Assembly (NCBI GenBank): GCA_004431415.1 | Contig: QPMI01000022.1 | Coordinates: 124,001 to 188,000, forward strand | Direction of reading: 5' to 3' | DNA from: Cyanophora paradoxa CCMP329 | Taxonomy: Eukaryota > Plantae > Glaucophyta | Length of the DNA: 64,000 bases | In this document: positions 11,777 through 23,161 of the stretch, in pieces | How positions within the stretch are numbered: the first letter of the stretch is position 1 | Layout: every line of letters starts with the position of its first letter | Notes under the pieces: generated by a model | Told to the model about the DNA's origin: nothing | What the model saw: only the letters and a program-made list of their open reading frames with translations | Database searches by the model: none | Program-made: the position numbers and the translations under genes

Positions 11777-13341
11777 ATGGCGCCCGCTAGTTTCTTCGTA
11801 GCCAACATCGACAACTCGGCCCCATTGAAATCGGTCCCGGATGGCCAATCTTCCGCATGCAAGGCGAACTTCATCCGCCAGGCCGTGAGCTCGGAGACGG
11901 CCGCGGACACGATCTTCGGGCTGACAGAGTTAAACGCCAAAACGCAGTGCGCCTCTGAATGCTTTCTTCCAGCGCACGCAGCGCCCTGATCGCGGCCGCC
12001 ATGGATGCCGCGCAGGGCCCGCCAGATCGCGGAACAGTTCGAGCTGGGGCACGGCGACTACGACTTCGGGGGCCACGACATTTCGATGTACATGGTGCCC
12101 CGGCGCTTCACATCGCTCGACAGCTACGTCGCCTCCAAAGTGCGTGGCCTCCTCTCGCTCTTCCGAGCGGATCTATCTAGCTTCGTCTCACGCCGACCCC
12201 CGCGCGCGCGCGCCCCCCGCAGGAGGGCAAGTACATCATGGTCCCGCTCCTAGACTCGCTGTCGGACTTCGTCTTCCTCGTCGCCGTCGTCCACTTCCCC
12301 CACAAGAAGAAGCGGACCGCCGGGAGCGACGGGAGCGACGGCCTCTGCCGCGCGGAGGAGCGGGCGATGCGCGCGCGGCTCCAGGCGTCCAATCCCGGGA
12401 GGCGCGTCTACAGCTTCGTGATCGGCGACTTCAACAGGACGGCGGCCGTCCTGAGGCGGGACGTCGGCTGGGGCCCCGAGTGGTCCTTCGCCGTCGAACG
12501 GGACGACAAGATCGACAACGTCGTGTCCCGCGGGCCCGCCGGCGCCGCGCGCATGGTGCGCCCCTCACGGATCTATCTATCTATCTATCTACCTCGCCCC
12601 GCAGCTGATCTGATCTGATCTGATCTTCAGGTCTCCGCCGCGTTCGACGGCACGACCCGATTCACGCACGAGCCCCTGCTCGTCGTCTTCGAGCTCATCG
12701 CGAGCCCGGAGGCCCCGCTGCCGGCCCCGCCCGCGGCCGTCGCCCCCGCGCTGTCGGAGAAGAAGGAGAAGGAGAAGAAGGAGGTGGAGGGGGCACCGGT
12801 GCAGCCGCCCGGGCCCGGAGCCAAGACGCGCGCGGGGGCCGCAGCGCCGCGGAAGGCGGCAGCAGGCGGCGGCGCAGCGGCAGCCCGGGCGAAGCGCGTG
12901 GCCCCTCTGGAGGCGCCGGCGGCTCCGACAAAGGCAGCAGCGGGCGCTGGCGCGGCGGCGGCACGGGCAAGGCGCGTCTCCCCCGCGGAGGCGCCGGCGG
13001 CTCCGGCGCAGCCTGTACCCCCACCCAAGGCGAAACCCGCACCCCCGCGGAGAAGCCGGCGGCTCCGGCGCAGCCTGTACCCCACCCAAGGCGAAACCCG
13101 CACCCCCGCGGAGAAGCTGGCGGCTCCGGCGCAGCGTGCAGCCGGAGGCAGGGCGAAGCCGGCACCCCCCGCGGGGCGGCGGCGGCTCCGGCGCCGCCCG
13201 CGCCCGCGGCCAAGGCGCAGGCGCAGGCCCGCGCCAAGCCCGGGGCAGCCCCCAGGGCGCCCGCGGGGCGCCGGGTCCCCGCCTCGGCGAACTGAGATCG
13301 CCGGCGCCCGGAGTTTGTTATCGAGATGTCTAGCTGTATAG
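11777..13341 (+). CDS. Endonuclease/exonuclease/phosphatase (EEP, DNase I-like fold) protein with Ala/Pro/Lys-rich repetitive tail
   Basis: The EEP catalytic motifs occur in order after splicing: FFVANID (N), IFGLTE (E), VVHFP (H), VIGDFN, KIDNVV, FTHEPLLVVF (terminal H). The C-terminal end is uncertain because of a 1-nt difference between tail repeats. Confidence 0.8.
12997..13135 (+). repeat. ~60-bp tandem repeat (about 2.3 copies) in the EEP tail
   Basis: GGCGGCTCCGGCGCAGCCTGTACCCC(C)ACCCAAGGCGAAACCCGCACCCCCGCGGAGAAGC repeated; encodes AAPAQPVPPPKAKPAPP-type units. Confidence 0.85.
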
Positions 13342-13744
13342 AAGATTTATATTTCTAGTTAGGCGTCACTAGTACTAGTAGAATTCTGCACAGGCGCAGT
13401 CTATGTCCTTCCGCTTCAATCTCTGTTTCAGCCTCCATCAACTTATTCAAATTTCAACTTCAACAAGCAGTTTAATGTCAGCCTCCAGCGGCTTTCAGGT
13501 TTCTTAAGCTTGTAGAGACCTCGCTGTAATTTAATTTATCATCTCGATCTCTGAAGCGAAGCGCGCATGTAAAGCCATGCACGTGAACTTACATTTATCT
13601 AGATCTGTGCACCGTGGCACGTGAGATTAAATGAGAGGATTCGAATATACTCGATGATCATGATATGGAAAGTATTTGAAAAACACGATTCCCGAGCCTG
13701 GGCAGCTGCCGCAGTGCTAGTTATAGCGCTATACCTAACTTGAC

Positions 13745-16700
13745 TTAGAAGAAATGCGACTTCAACTTGGTCGTGGCCTGCGCTTGCGCCTGGAGGCGCC
13801 GCGCCGCCTCCTTCTTGGCCGAGCGCTGCGCGTACTGGCCGTGGGCCGCCCCTTTGAGCTTGCTCCGCGTCTCCCGCGGCCGGCCCGGGCCCCGGCCCCG
13901 CCGCGCTTCCTCCTCCCGGCGCCTCCGCTCCTCGTCCTCCTCCTCCCGGCGCCTCCGTTCCTCGGCTCGGAAGCGCTCGCGCCGTTCCTCTGTCAGGCGC
14001 CGCTCATCCGCCCGGCGCCGCCTGTCGCGGATGCGTCTGACCGCCCTCTCCGCTTCGGTCCGCGGCCCGCGGCTGCTCCTCCTCTTCTTCGGGCCGGGAC
14101 TCGGGCCGGGGCCCGGGCCGGCCCCCCGCTTTAGCTTCTTCTCCTTGGCCGACGACGCTTCGTAGTCCTCGGGCGAAGGCGGCGGGCGCCGGCGCTTCGT
14201 GTTCGAGGGCGGCGGGGCCGCCTCCTCCCCCCCCTCCTCCTCCTCCTCGTCATCCTCCCCCTCCTCGTCATCATCCACCGCCTCCACCTCCTCCTCCTCC
14301 TCGCCAGGCGGGGCAGCCCGATCAGAGCCGCGGGGGCGACCGAGAGAAGGCCGGGCCGCACCTCCTCCTCCTCGCCCTCCTCGCTCTCGTCCTCATCCTC
14401 CTCCCCCTCGTCCTCCTCGTCTTCTTCCTCCTCGTCCTCGTCCTCTTCGACCTCCCTGTAGCTCGTCACGCGGCGGAGGCTCCTCAGCGCCCCACCGCCC
14501 CGCGAGACACGCCCCTCCTCCTCCTCCTCCTCCTCCTCCTCGCGCAGCCGCGCCCTGGCCCGCTTTGCCGGCGGCGCCGAAGGCTCATCCTCCTCCTCCT
14601 CCTCCTCCTCCTCTGGCTTGCGCCGGCGCCTTGCCGGCCTGCCGCGGCGCCTGCTGGCCCCGGCGGGCGACCGCGGCACCTCCCCCTCCTCTCCGTCCTG
14701 AGCAAGGCGAGGGGGAGAGAGTACAGGGTACACGATCAGAGCCGAAGAGAAAAACTGCGCGGAAAAAGCGCACCGAGGAGGCGCCCTCCTCCTCCTCCTC
14801 TTCCTCGTCCTCTTCATGCGTGCGCCTCGACCGTTCCCGCTGCCGCTGCCGCTGCTTCACGGCTGCGGCTGCGGCTGCGGCTGCGGCTGCGGCTTGGGAG
14901 CCGGGCCGGCCGCCGGCGCCGACGCCGGCGGCCCGGGAGGGAGACGGGTGCGGGGGGTCGAGCCGCGGGAATGTGCGGAGGAGGGCCGGGGTGCGAGCGG
15001 CCGCGGCCCCCTCGCCCTTCCCCCTGGCGTCGCTCCGGCCCCACCGGCCCTCGTTCCGGTCGCCCCCGGGCTCCTTCCTTTCGAGGGCCGGAGGAGACGG
15101 TGCCGGTACCGCCAAGGCCGCGAGCCGGGTGGAGAAGCGGGCGGAGGGGGCCGGGTCGGAGTCGGGGGCGGGGGCGGGGGAGGCCCGAGGGGGCGCTGGC
15201 TCGGGGGGGAGGGGCTGGCTTCTCCCTGGAAGACGGGGCGGCGGCGGCAGGGGCCGCGGGGGCGGCACAAGCAGCGGCTTTCCCTGCAAAGGAGAAGGAG
15301 AAGGAGTGGGCGACGGACGCCGCGGCGCCGCCGCCGCCGCCGCGGGCGCTGCTGCGCCGACGACGGCCCTCGGAGGCGGCGAGGGGGCGGGCTGGAAGGC
15401 GAAGGGCGCGGGCGGTCCCGCCGCGCGCGGCGGGGCGCCGGCGGCGGGGGGACGGTAAATCGGGGGCCCGCGGGGCAAGGCGGCGGGGTGCATGCGGGGC
15501 ACGGGGCCCTTAGGGCCGGGGCCGGGGCCGGGGCCGAGGCTGGGGCCGGATGCGAAGCGGGGGGCCGCCGCCGGGACGCGGGCCGGGGCTCCAGCTCCGG
15601 CTCCGGCTCCGACTCCCGGCGCGCGACGCCCGCCAGAGGCCGGCCGCGCTCTCTGGTGGGGTACGCTTCGATTAGGAGGGGGGTCTATTTATAGGAGGGG
15701 CGAAGGGGGCGGCAGTGGCACAGCGTACCCGGAGGTTCGTGCCGCGCAGCGCAGCCTCCTCGATCCTGCGAGGGCGGATCAGGTGAGGAAAGGGGGTGAA
15801 TCAGATGAGGATGGGGTACGCTCACTCTTCGGGGGTAGGGGCGTCGATCTTGAGGTTGTTCGCGAGGGCGAAGACGCCGCAGAAGCTGCGCGGACCCGTC
15901 CAAGGCGACGTCAGGCCGGGGGGGTGTACGGGGTAACGGCGAAGCCCTAACGTGGTGTGGTGGGGGATACGGCAAAGGGCGCACCGCGCGGACGTGTCGG
16001 GCTCCGGCTCCGCCCCGTGCTCCAGCAGCTTGCCCTGTACCCCCAAAGTAAGATCCGGTAAAAGCCAAGAAATGGGGGTACGGACCTGGATGAGGACGAC
16101 GTCGCCGTGGCGGGGGTACAGCTTCGTGCCGAGGCCGGGAAGGACAAGGGGGTGCAGGTCCACGTCCGGGATTCCCGTCGGCTGCGCCGAAAGCCTCGGT
16201 CAGGACAGAAATGAGGAAAGAAGAAAAAGGGGGGTACGTGGCAGTAGATAAGGGCGGCGAAGGACCCGAGCGCATCGTTCTCGTCCGTGTGCAGCGCCGA
16301 GGAGCTGGGGTGAGGGGAGTTAGTTTCGGGGGGGTACAGGGGAACGAAAGGGGGGTACTGCAATGCCGGGTTCAGGTAGAAGCGGGACCAGAGGCCGTAG
16401 TGGCAGGGGAGGATCCGCCCCGAGAACCCCCCCATCGCGTGCCGCGCCTGCAGATGGGGGTAAGGGAAAGAAAGTATTCGAGGGGTGGGGGTACAGCGCG
16501 CCATGTAGCGGGAGGCGTCCGGGGCGAGCCGGGCGGTTGCGTACCAGAGGCGGCGGAGGAGCGGCCGGAGGCGCCTGTGGTGCTCGGGGAGGCGGGGGTC
16601 CTCCAGGGTCCGCCCGAAGGCCTTCATCAGGCGGATCTGTACCCCGAGCGTAAGAGTCTCCTTCGGCTAAGAGTAAGAGAAGACCGGAGCGTGTTTCCTT

Positions 16701-19700
16701 CATAGGAATCTCTCCTCTAGAAGAATCTCGCCTTTAGAAGAATCGTGTCTCCGGAGGAAGAATATAAAGGAATCTCTCGAGCAGGGGCGCACGGGCGTGG
16801 GGAGCTTGCAGGAGCCCCGGTTGGTGCCCGTGCTCATGAAGGGGCCGCGCACCCCGCTGCTGCGAAAAGGGGGCGTCAGACGCGAAGCGAGGTGGCCCGG
16901 TCTGCGCCCCGGCACATGCACCTGTTCTTCTCCTTGCGCGGCTTCGCAGCACCGTTTTGGGGGGCGCCAGGCGGTGGCGGCGGCGGCGGGGGCCGCGGGC
17001 GGGGAGGCGCCCTGGCCGCCGCGTCTGGGACGCGCCCGCCGGGGCACGATGCCGCATCGGCGCACAGCAGGCCCCTCTGCAGCAAAGAATGCACCGCCTG
17101 CAACGTCGACGGAAAAGGGGGTACGGAAATCATAAGCACAGTGGGGGAATCTCGGCGGGGAGGGTACCGCACGTCAGCGCTGGCCGCCGCCGTCGGCGTC
17201 GTGCTGAAGGGCATCGACACACCGGCGAAGGCGAATGCGCCTGCCCAGATTCGAACCCGCGCCCGGCGGGGGTACGGATACTTATCGAAGCGGCGCACCT
17301 TTGACGGCGGCGCTGGCGAACTCGTCCGCGAACAGTCCGGGGAGCCTGCAGGGCCTTAGAGGAGGGAAAAGAGTTGACGGAGAAGGCTTAGAAGACCGCG
17401 GGCGGGTACCAGCAGAGCACGAGACCGTCGTTGAGGCAGGAGATCCCGAAGTGCTTTCCGCGCTCCAGTACTCCCGGCAACCCATGGCCCTCCTAGGATG
17501 CCATAAGATAGAAGAAGCGGCGTCGGAGGGGGGTACGCCGTTCAGCGCGCACGCAGCGGTGCATGTCGAAGGAGCGCTGATCGAGGGGCGTGCGGGGGTA
17601 CGGCACCTCCACCCGAATGAGGCCGGCACCCCCCCTGGCCCTGTCCACCATCCCCGCGATGCGCCCAGCGAGGCCGGGGGCCTCCCCTTCGAAGAAGGCG
17701 TCCGCCTCTCCGGCCCCTCCCTCCGCCGCCTGCGCATGTTTCAGCTAAGGCTTAAGAGGGGGGTACGGGAGGTGTCCGGCTCGCCTGCAGCGCGTCGAGG
17801 GCCTCGCCGACGAAGTCGTACCCCCCGCAGAGGCTCCGCCACTCGGCGGTGGGGCCCTCCCCCGCGTTGGCCCCGAGAAGCCGGGGCAGCTGCGGCGAAA
17901 ATGCAAGTGAGCGGGCGGCAATCGACCGCGAGAACGCTAAATCAAGGACCTGGTACGATCGCTCGCCCCAGCGAAAGGAGGCGGAGCAGTCGTCCATGCG
18001 CCCGACTTGGCTCGCCGGGCGGGGGGCGGAGGAGGAGACCGAAGGCCCAGCCTGCGGTTCGGATTCGGGATCCGGCCCGGGCGCAGAAGGCGAGGAGGGA
18101 GGCGAGAGCTGAGGGTCCGGGGGATGCTGTGCGGGAGGCGGGGGCGGGGTGGGGCGCGGCGCCGGCGCGGCGGCCGGCGCGGGCGGCAGCAGGAAGGAGG
18201 GGGGCGGCCGGGTCGAGGGGTACCGCTGCTGCTGCTGCTGCAGGGAAGCCGCGGCCGGGGGGAGCCAGGAGGACGAGGAGAAGGGGGAGGAGGAGGAGGA
18301 ACGGTTTGAGGGCTCGGGCGGAGGCGGGGGTACAGGCTGGCCGCGGGAGGAAGAGGACGAGGAGGGGGAAGCGAAAGCGGAGTCGGCGCCCGGAAGAGAA
18401 GGCGGGGGCGGGGCGCTCGGGACGAAGGGGACGGCGCCGGGCGCGCGGGCCGAAGCCGCTGCCGCAGGCTCGCTGGGCTGCGAAGGGCGACGGGGCGGAC
18501 CACCGGCGTGGCTGGGGGAAGGGCCGCGGGGCTCCGACGGACTCGCTTGCCCTTGCCCCGGCCCTCGGATAGCCGCTGCGAAAGGGCCGGTCTGGCTGCC
18601 TGCGCAGGCGCCGGCGCCGGCGGGGGCGCCGGGCCGCCGCTGGCGCCGCCGGCGAAGAGGCGGGGCGGGACGCTTCCACCCGCTGCGAGGGAGGCGGGGC
18701 GGGGCCGGGGCCGGGGCCGGGGGAGGCTCCGACGGACTCGCTGGACCTGCAATAGGGTCCGGTCTGGCCGCCGCCGCCGCCTCCGCCTCCGCCGCCGCCG
18801 CCGCCGGTCGGAAGCGCCGGGCCGCCGCTGGCACCGCCGCCGGCTGAGACCCGCCGGAAGAGGCGGGACGCCAGTCTCCCGCCCGCTGCGAGGGATGCAC
18901 GGGCGCCGCCTCCCGAGGCGGGGGCGGGGGCGGGGGCGGGGCCGGGGGTGCCGAGGAGGACAGCGGGGTGGAGGAGGGGGCGGCCGCGGAGGCCAGCATC
19001 GCCAGCCGACGACCAGGGCCCGCCTCCCGGGCCCCGTCGAGGCCGAGAGGCTGCCGCGGGGCCGGCGCGGTCGCAGGCGGCACCGGCCCCAGCCGCTCTG
19101 AAGCCTCCTCGAGTTTCTGCGGCGGGGGCGCCGTCTCCGCTGCGGGTGGCTTATTCTTCCGCGCCCGCCGCTTCCGCGGCGTCTGCTCCGGCGGCGGTGG
19201 CGGCGGAGGCGGCAGCGCCGGCGGCAGCGGCGGCAGCGGCGGCGCCGGCGGGGCGCGGCGGGGGTGAGGAGGCGCCGAGGTGGGCCCCGGGCACCGCCGG
19301 CCCGGGCCGCTCGCCCCGAGGAAAGGCGGGGGCGGGGGCGGAAAGGGCCCCCAACCCGCCTTCAGCGCCTCCTGCGAGACGGCCATCGCCAGAGCAGCCT
19401 GGAACCCCGCATCGCCTGGAGGCCGCGAAACGTGGAATGTGGGCGGCGGAGGCGGGGGTGGGGGCGGGGGCGGCGCTGCGGGGGCCGACGGGGCGGGCAC
19501 CGGCCCCGTCCACTGAAACGCGGGCGGCGGCTGCGAGGGCGGCGCTGGCGGGGGCAGAGGCGGGGGCAGAGGCGGAGACGGCGGCCCCGCGGCAAGGGCC
19601 GACTGGGGCGGCAAAGGGCCCGGCCAATCCCGCGCCTCCTGAACCGGCGGCGCGAACGGCGGCCAAGCGGCCCCTTCCGCGCCGCCGGCGTGAGCGAAGG

Positions 19701-20800
19701 GAGGGATCAGGGACTGGGGCTCGGTCCCAGACGGGCTGAAGTGGGGGGGCGAAGGGAAGAACGGCTGGGCTGGGGGCGGCGACCGAGCCGGCGATGCCGC
19801 CGCGTTGGGGGCGTGGTGGGATGGGTGCTGGAAGGGGTACGGCGCGCCGGTGGGGGCCCGGGGAAGGTCCGGTGGCGGGGGCGAGGAGAAGAAGTGGGGC
19901 GAGGCTACGAAGGGACGGGCGGGGGACGGCGAAGGGGCGATAAAATTGAATGGGAAAGCGGGCGGGGCGTTCTCCGGGGGCGGAGGGGGCGACGTCGTCG
20001 CGGGGTACGAGCACGGAGAATTGTGGGGCCGGGTAGGGTACGGCCCCGGCCCAGCTCCAGACTGGTCGAAACGCGCGCCCGGCGAGGCAATGTTTGCTTC
20101 GGAAAACTGTGGCTGACGCTGCGTGTTGCCCTGGTGGTACGGGTGCGATTCGGCGAACTCGATACGGTGCGAGGAGGCGCCGGTCACGACCGGGTGCTGC
20201 AGCTGCTGCATGTGCTGCTGAACGGGCGATCCGCGAGAAGCTAAGGGCGTCGGTGCTTCGCCGGCGTTGCCGCGGCTGTAGCTGTTGCGCTCCGCGCCGC
20301 AAGCGCTAGCGCCGAAGTAGCTGGGCGGCAGGCCCGGGGTCGATGCCGCGCTTGCTGGGGAGAGCTCTTGAACAGGCGTCATCTGGCTGCTACGCGCCGC
20401 ACGCGCGACCGGCGTGTGATCGCCGGAGGGCGCGGCTCGCGCTCCGATTACGTCAGCGCTGCAGCTCGGATAGCTTGGGTGGCTCTGGTGATCGCTGATC
20501 GCGCTGAACATGAAGTCGCAGTGCTGCTGTGGCTGCCTCTTGCCCTCGATCGTCGCCAGACCTCTGCCCCACCCCAGTCTGCGCTCTAATCGGTGCGCGG
20601 ACCGTCCCGGCGTCCCCAAGGAGCGTATGAGCGCGTACCTTTTCTGATTCGACGGCGCCGCGTGCGATGCGGAAGCCGTGTGTCGCCCGGACGACGCGGA
20701 GAGCGCCTCAGCGCCAGGCTCCACTGGCCCGTGCGAGGGCGTCGCGACGGGAGCGCCCCATGCATATGCGAACGCGTCGCGTGAATCCGAATGCATCGCC
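13745..20800 (-). CDS. Large low-complexity protein with a central TET/JBP-family 2OG-Fe(II) dioxygenase domain (~15850-17460)
   Basis: Spliced core: GLVLCW|LPGLFADEF...LRPLLRRLWYATARLAPDASRYMAR...WSRFYLNPALQ..SSALHTDENDALGSFAALIYCH...LVLPGLGTKLYPRHGDVVLIQ..GKLLEHGAEPEPDTSAR|FCGVFALANNL. This gives HxD (His at 16289-16291), the distal His (16017-16019) and the terminal R-x-x-x-V-F strand. Flanked by a ~1000-aa Pro-rich N-terminal exon and an acidic/basic C-terminus. Joining all parts into one gene is inferred. Confidence 0.75.
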
Positions 20801-21340
20801 GGCGAGCTCTTTGCAGCCCTCGCCTGCACACCACTACCCCCTTTCCTGGGCACGCATACCCGGGCAGCGGCATGCACGTATGCCGCCGCCGGCCACATGC
20901 ACGGCGCCGGCCGGCGCCACGTGCACGCACTTTATCTGCCGCGAAGGGGCAAGACTAGTCCTAGGGCCGGATCGAAGGGAGGGCCGGCCGCGGACCGGAT
21001 CGAAGGGAGGGCCGGCCGCGCGGGGTACGGTATACGTAGGCCGAGGTGCACATGGGGGAGGACCCGCAGCGTGAGGGCGCAGGGGGGCGAGAATTGCGAA
21101 ACCCCGGGCCCAGCCCATTAACGTTGACACTCCGCGCCGCCGCCCTCCCCCCTCCTGCTCCCTCATGATCAACCCCCTTCAGCTTCTCCCAGCCTCCCGG
21201 AACCCGAAGCCTCCCGGGCGCCAGCTCCAGCATGCCGATCGCGAGCGCTCGATGCTTGGTGGGATTCGCGGAGACCGAGCCGGCGAGCTGGCGAAGAGCT
21301 TCGGGCGCAGCGAAGCCGCCGGCGCCCGCCTCCCGGGCCC

Positions 21341-22647
21341 CTACTCGACGCCGAGGGTCTTCAGCCGGTCCGCGCAGAGGCGCTGGATCGCCCTCACGTC
21401 CTCCGCGTTCAGGTCCTGCGAAAGAAGGCTGTGAGCGTAGGGGGATTCGGGGAGGGGGGTACCGGTACCTTCAGGAGGTGCTTGATGGCCGTAATGGTGT
21501 GACCCCGCTGCGAGCTGTGCGAGCTGCCCGCGGCCGTCGCCGCAGCGATCGCTGCCGCCGCCGCGGCGGCCCCGGACTCCGCCGCCGCCGCCGCTGGCGC
21601 CGCCGATCCCGACGGCGCCCGCTCGGGCTTCGCTTGGGGCGCCCCCGAGCCGGCGGGCGAGAGGGGTACGGCGGGGGAGGAAGGGGCGCGGGCGGGGGGG
21701 GAGGAGGCCGCGGGGGCGAGGGCGGCCGCGGGGGCGGAGGGCGCCGAAGGGAGGGAGTTCGCCCAGGGCAGCTGGACCGACTCCGCCTGTCTTCGCTCCG
21801 CGTCCGTCTGCGGCGTGCGAGAGAGAGGAGGCGGGGATCAGGAGGGGGCGCGGCGCCCCGGGGGTACAGCGCGCGCACGATGGCGGAGTTGTCCAGCGTT
21901 TGGAGGTGAGGCAGCGCCTTTATGCAAACGTTCCTGTAGTTCGGCAGCTGCTCGATCGGGTTCTGCAAGGACCGCGGGGCGTCAGGGCGAGCGGCACAGC
22001 AACCCGCGGCCGCAGCGCGCTAGGCAAGCGGGCGCCTGGTTGAGGGACAGGATGGTGAGCTGGGGCAGCTGCGCGCTGCGCGGACGCGCGTGAGCGGCGG
22101 GCGCGCGGCGCGGCTCACGGGGCCGGAGCGGACGCACAGGTGCCGTAGCTCCGACAGGTCGCTGACGGCGTTCTGCAGCAGCGGCGGCGGCGGTCAGCTG
22201 CGCGCGGCGCGGCTCGCGGGCGCAGCGTGCCTTCCGCAGGAAGAGCTCGCGTAGCTTCGTGCATTGCGCGAAGGGCGAAAGGTCCCGCACGCGATTCTGC
22301 GCCGCCGCGAACATCGACGGGCCATCGCGGCACCCTGCGGACGCGGCGCTTGCACGCACGTCCACCAAGGTGACGACCTCGATGTTCTTCGTCTTAGCTA
22401 GCAGGCCGACGTCTGCGGCGGCGGGCGTTGGGCTCGCTTCGGCTAATCAAAACGGGGCTGGGTGTCGGTCGAACCTGCGAGGCCCATTCCCCAGAGGTTC
22501 GCGTTCACGACCTGCTCCAGGCTGGAGGCATTCTTCACCCTGCCGCGCGGCGTCACGGGGCTGCGAGCTCAGCGAACGACAGCTGACGCGAATGGGACGG
22601 GCGACGGCGCACCTCACGAGGAGCACCTCCGGCGTCAGCGTCGTCAT
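21341..22647 (-). CDS. CFAP410: Cilia- and flagella-associated protein 410 (C21orf2/LRRC76) homologue
   Basis: MTTLTPEVLL..ASSLEQVVNANLWGMGLA|DVGLLAKTKNIEVVTL..NRVRDLSPFAQCTKLRELFLRK|NAVSDLSELRHL..QLPQLTILSL..NPIEQLPNYRNVCIKALPHLQTLDNSAI, plus the conserved C-terminal helix pair HTITAIKHLLK|DLNAEDVRAIQRLCADRL*. Confidence 0.9.
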
Positions 22648-23161
22648 CGGAGCATGCGCGAGCACGTCCAAAGCTCCAAATCGCCCCCTTGCTGAGTTTG
22701 ACGCGTACCCCAAAACCGGCTGACTTGCTTCGAGAAGCCTCGCTCCCGGGGGCGTCCGGGCGCCCGCATCGAAGCTGCGGTCTCTGTGGAGCGTTCTGGA
22801 TCGTAGAGCGCGCCCTCCGCCCCCGCGGCTCAGCATCGTCCCGGACGGAGAGCTCGAGGACGCGTCTCGGCGCCGAGATCGTGCGGCGGAGAGCCGAAGA
22901 ACCCTAGCTAGAGCATTCGGGATCGTTCGGCTTCTTCCGCAGAGCCGGCTGAAGCTTGTGACGGGCGCCCGCGGCCGGCACGACGAAGGCCGCGGCCGCT
23001 CCAGCTGCTGCGGTCGTATGTATCGTCGTCGGACTCGTTTCAGGTGATTCATCGATCTCTGAGTCAGCTACCGCCGCCCCACCCCAGCCTGCGCGCGGGG
23101 GCTCCGATCTGCAGCTGGGCCTAGCTAGAGGGGACAGCGCTAGTGCCCCTCTTCAGCTCCA

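Noticed and set aside
11777-13341. EEP gene as ORF2 of a LINE retrotransposon
   Set aside because: No RT motifs downstream, the gene has spliceosomal introns, and no poly(A) tail or TSD was found around it.
13400-21100. KDZ/Zisupton-type transposon around the TET/JBP gene
   Set aside because: No transposase catalytic motifs, CxC domains or terminal inverted repeats were recognised; the neighbour on one side is a conserved cilia gene.
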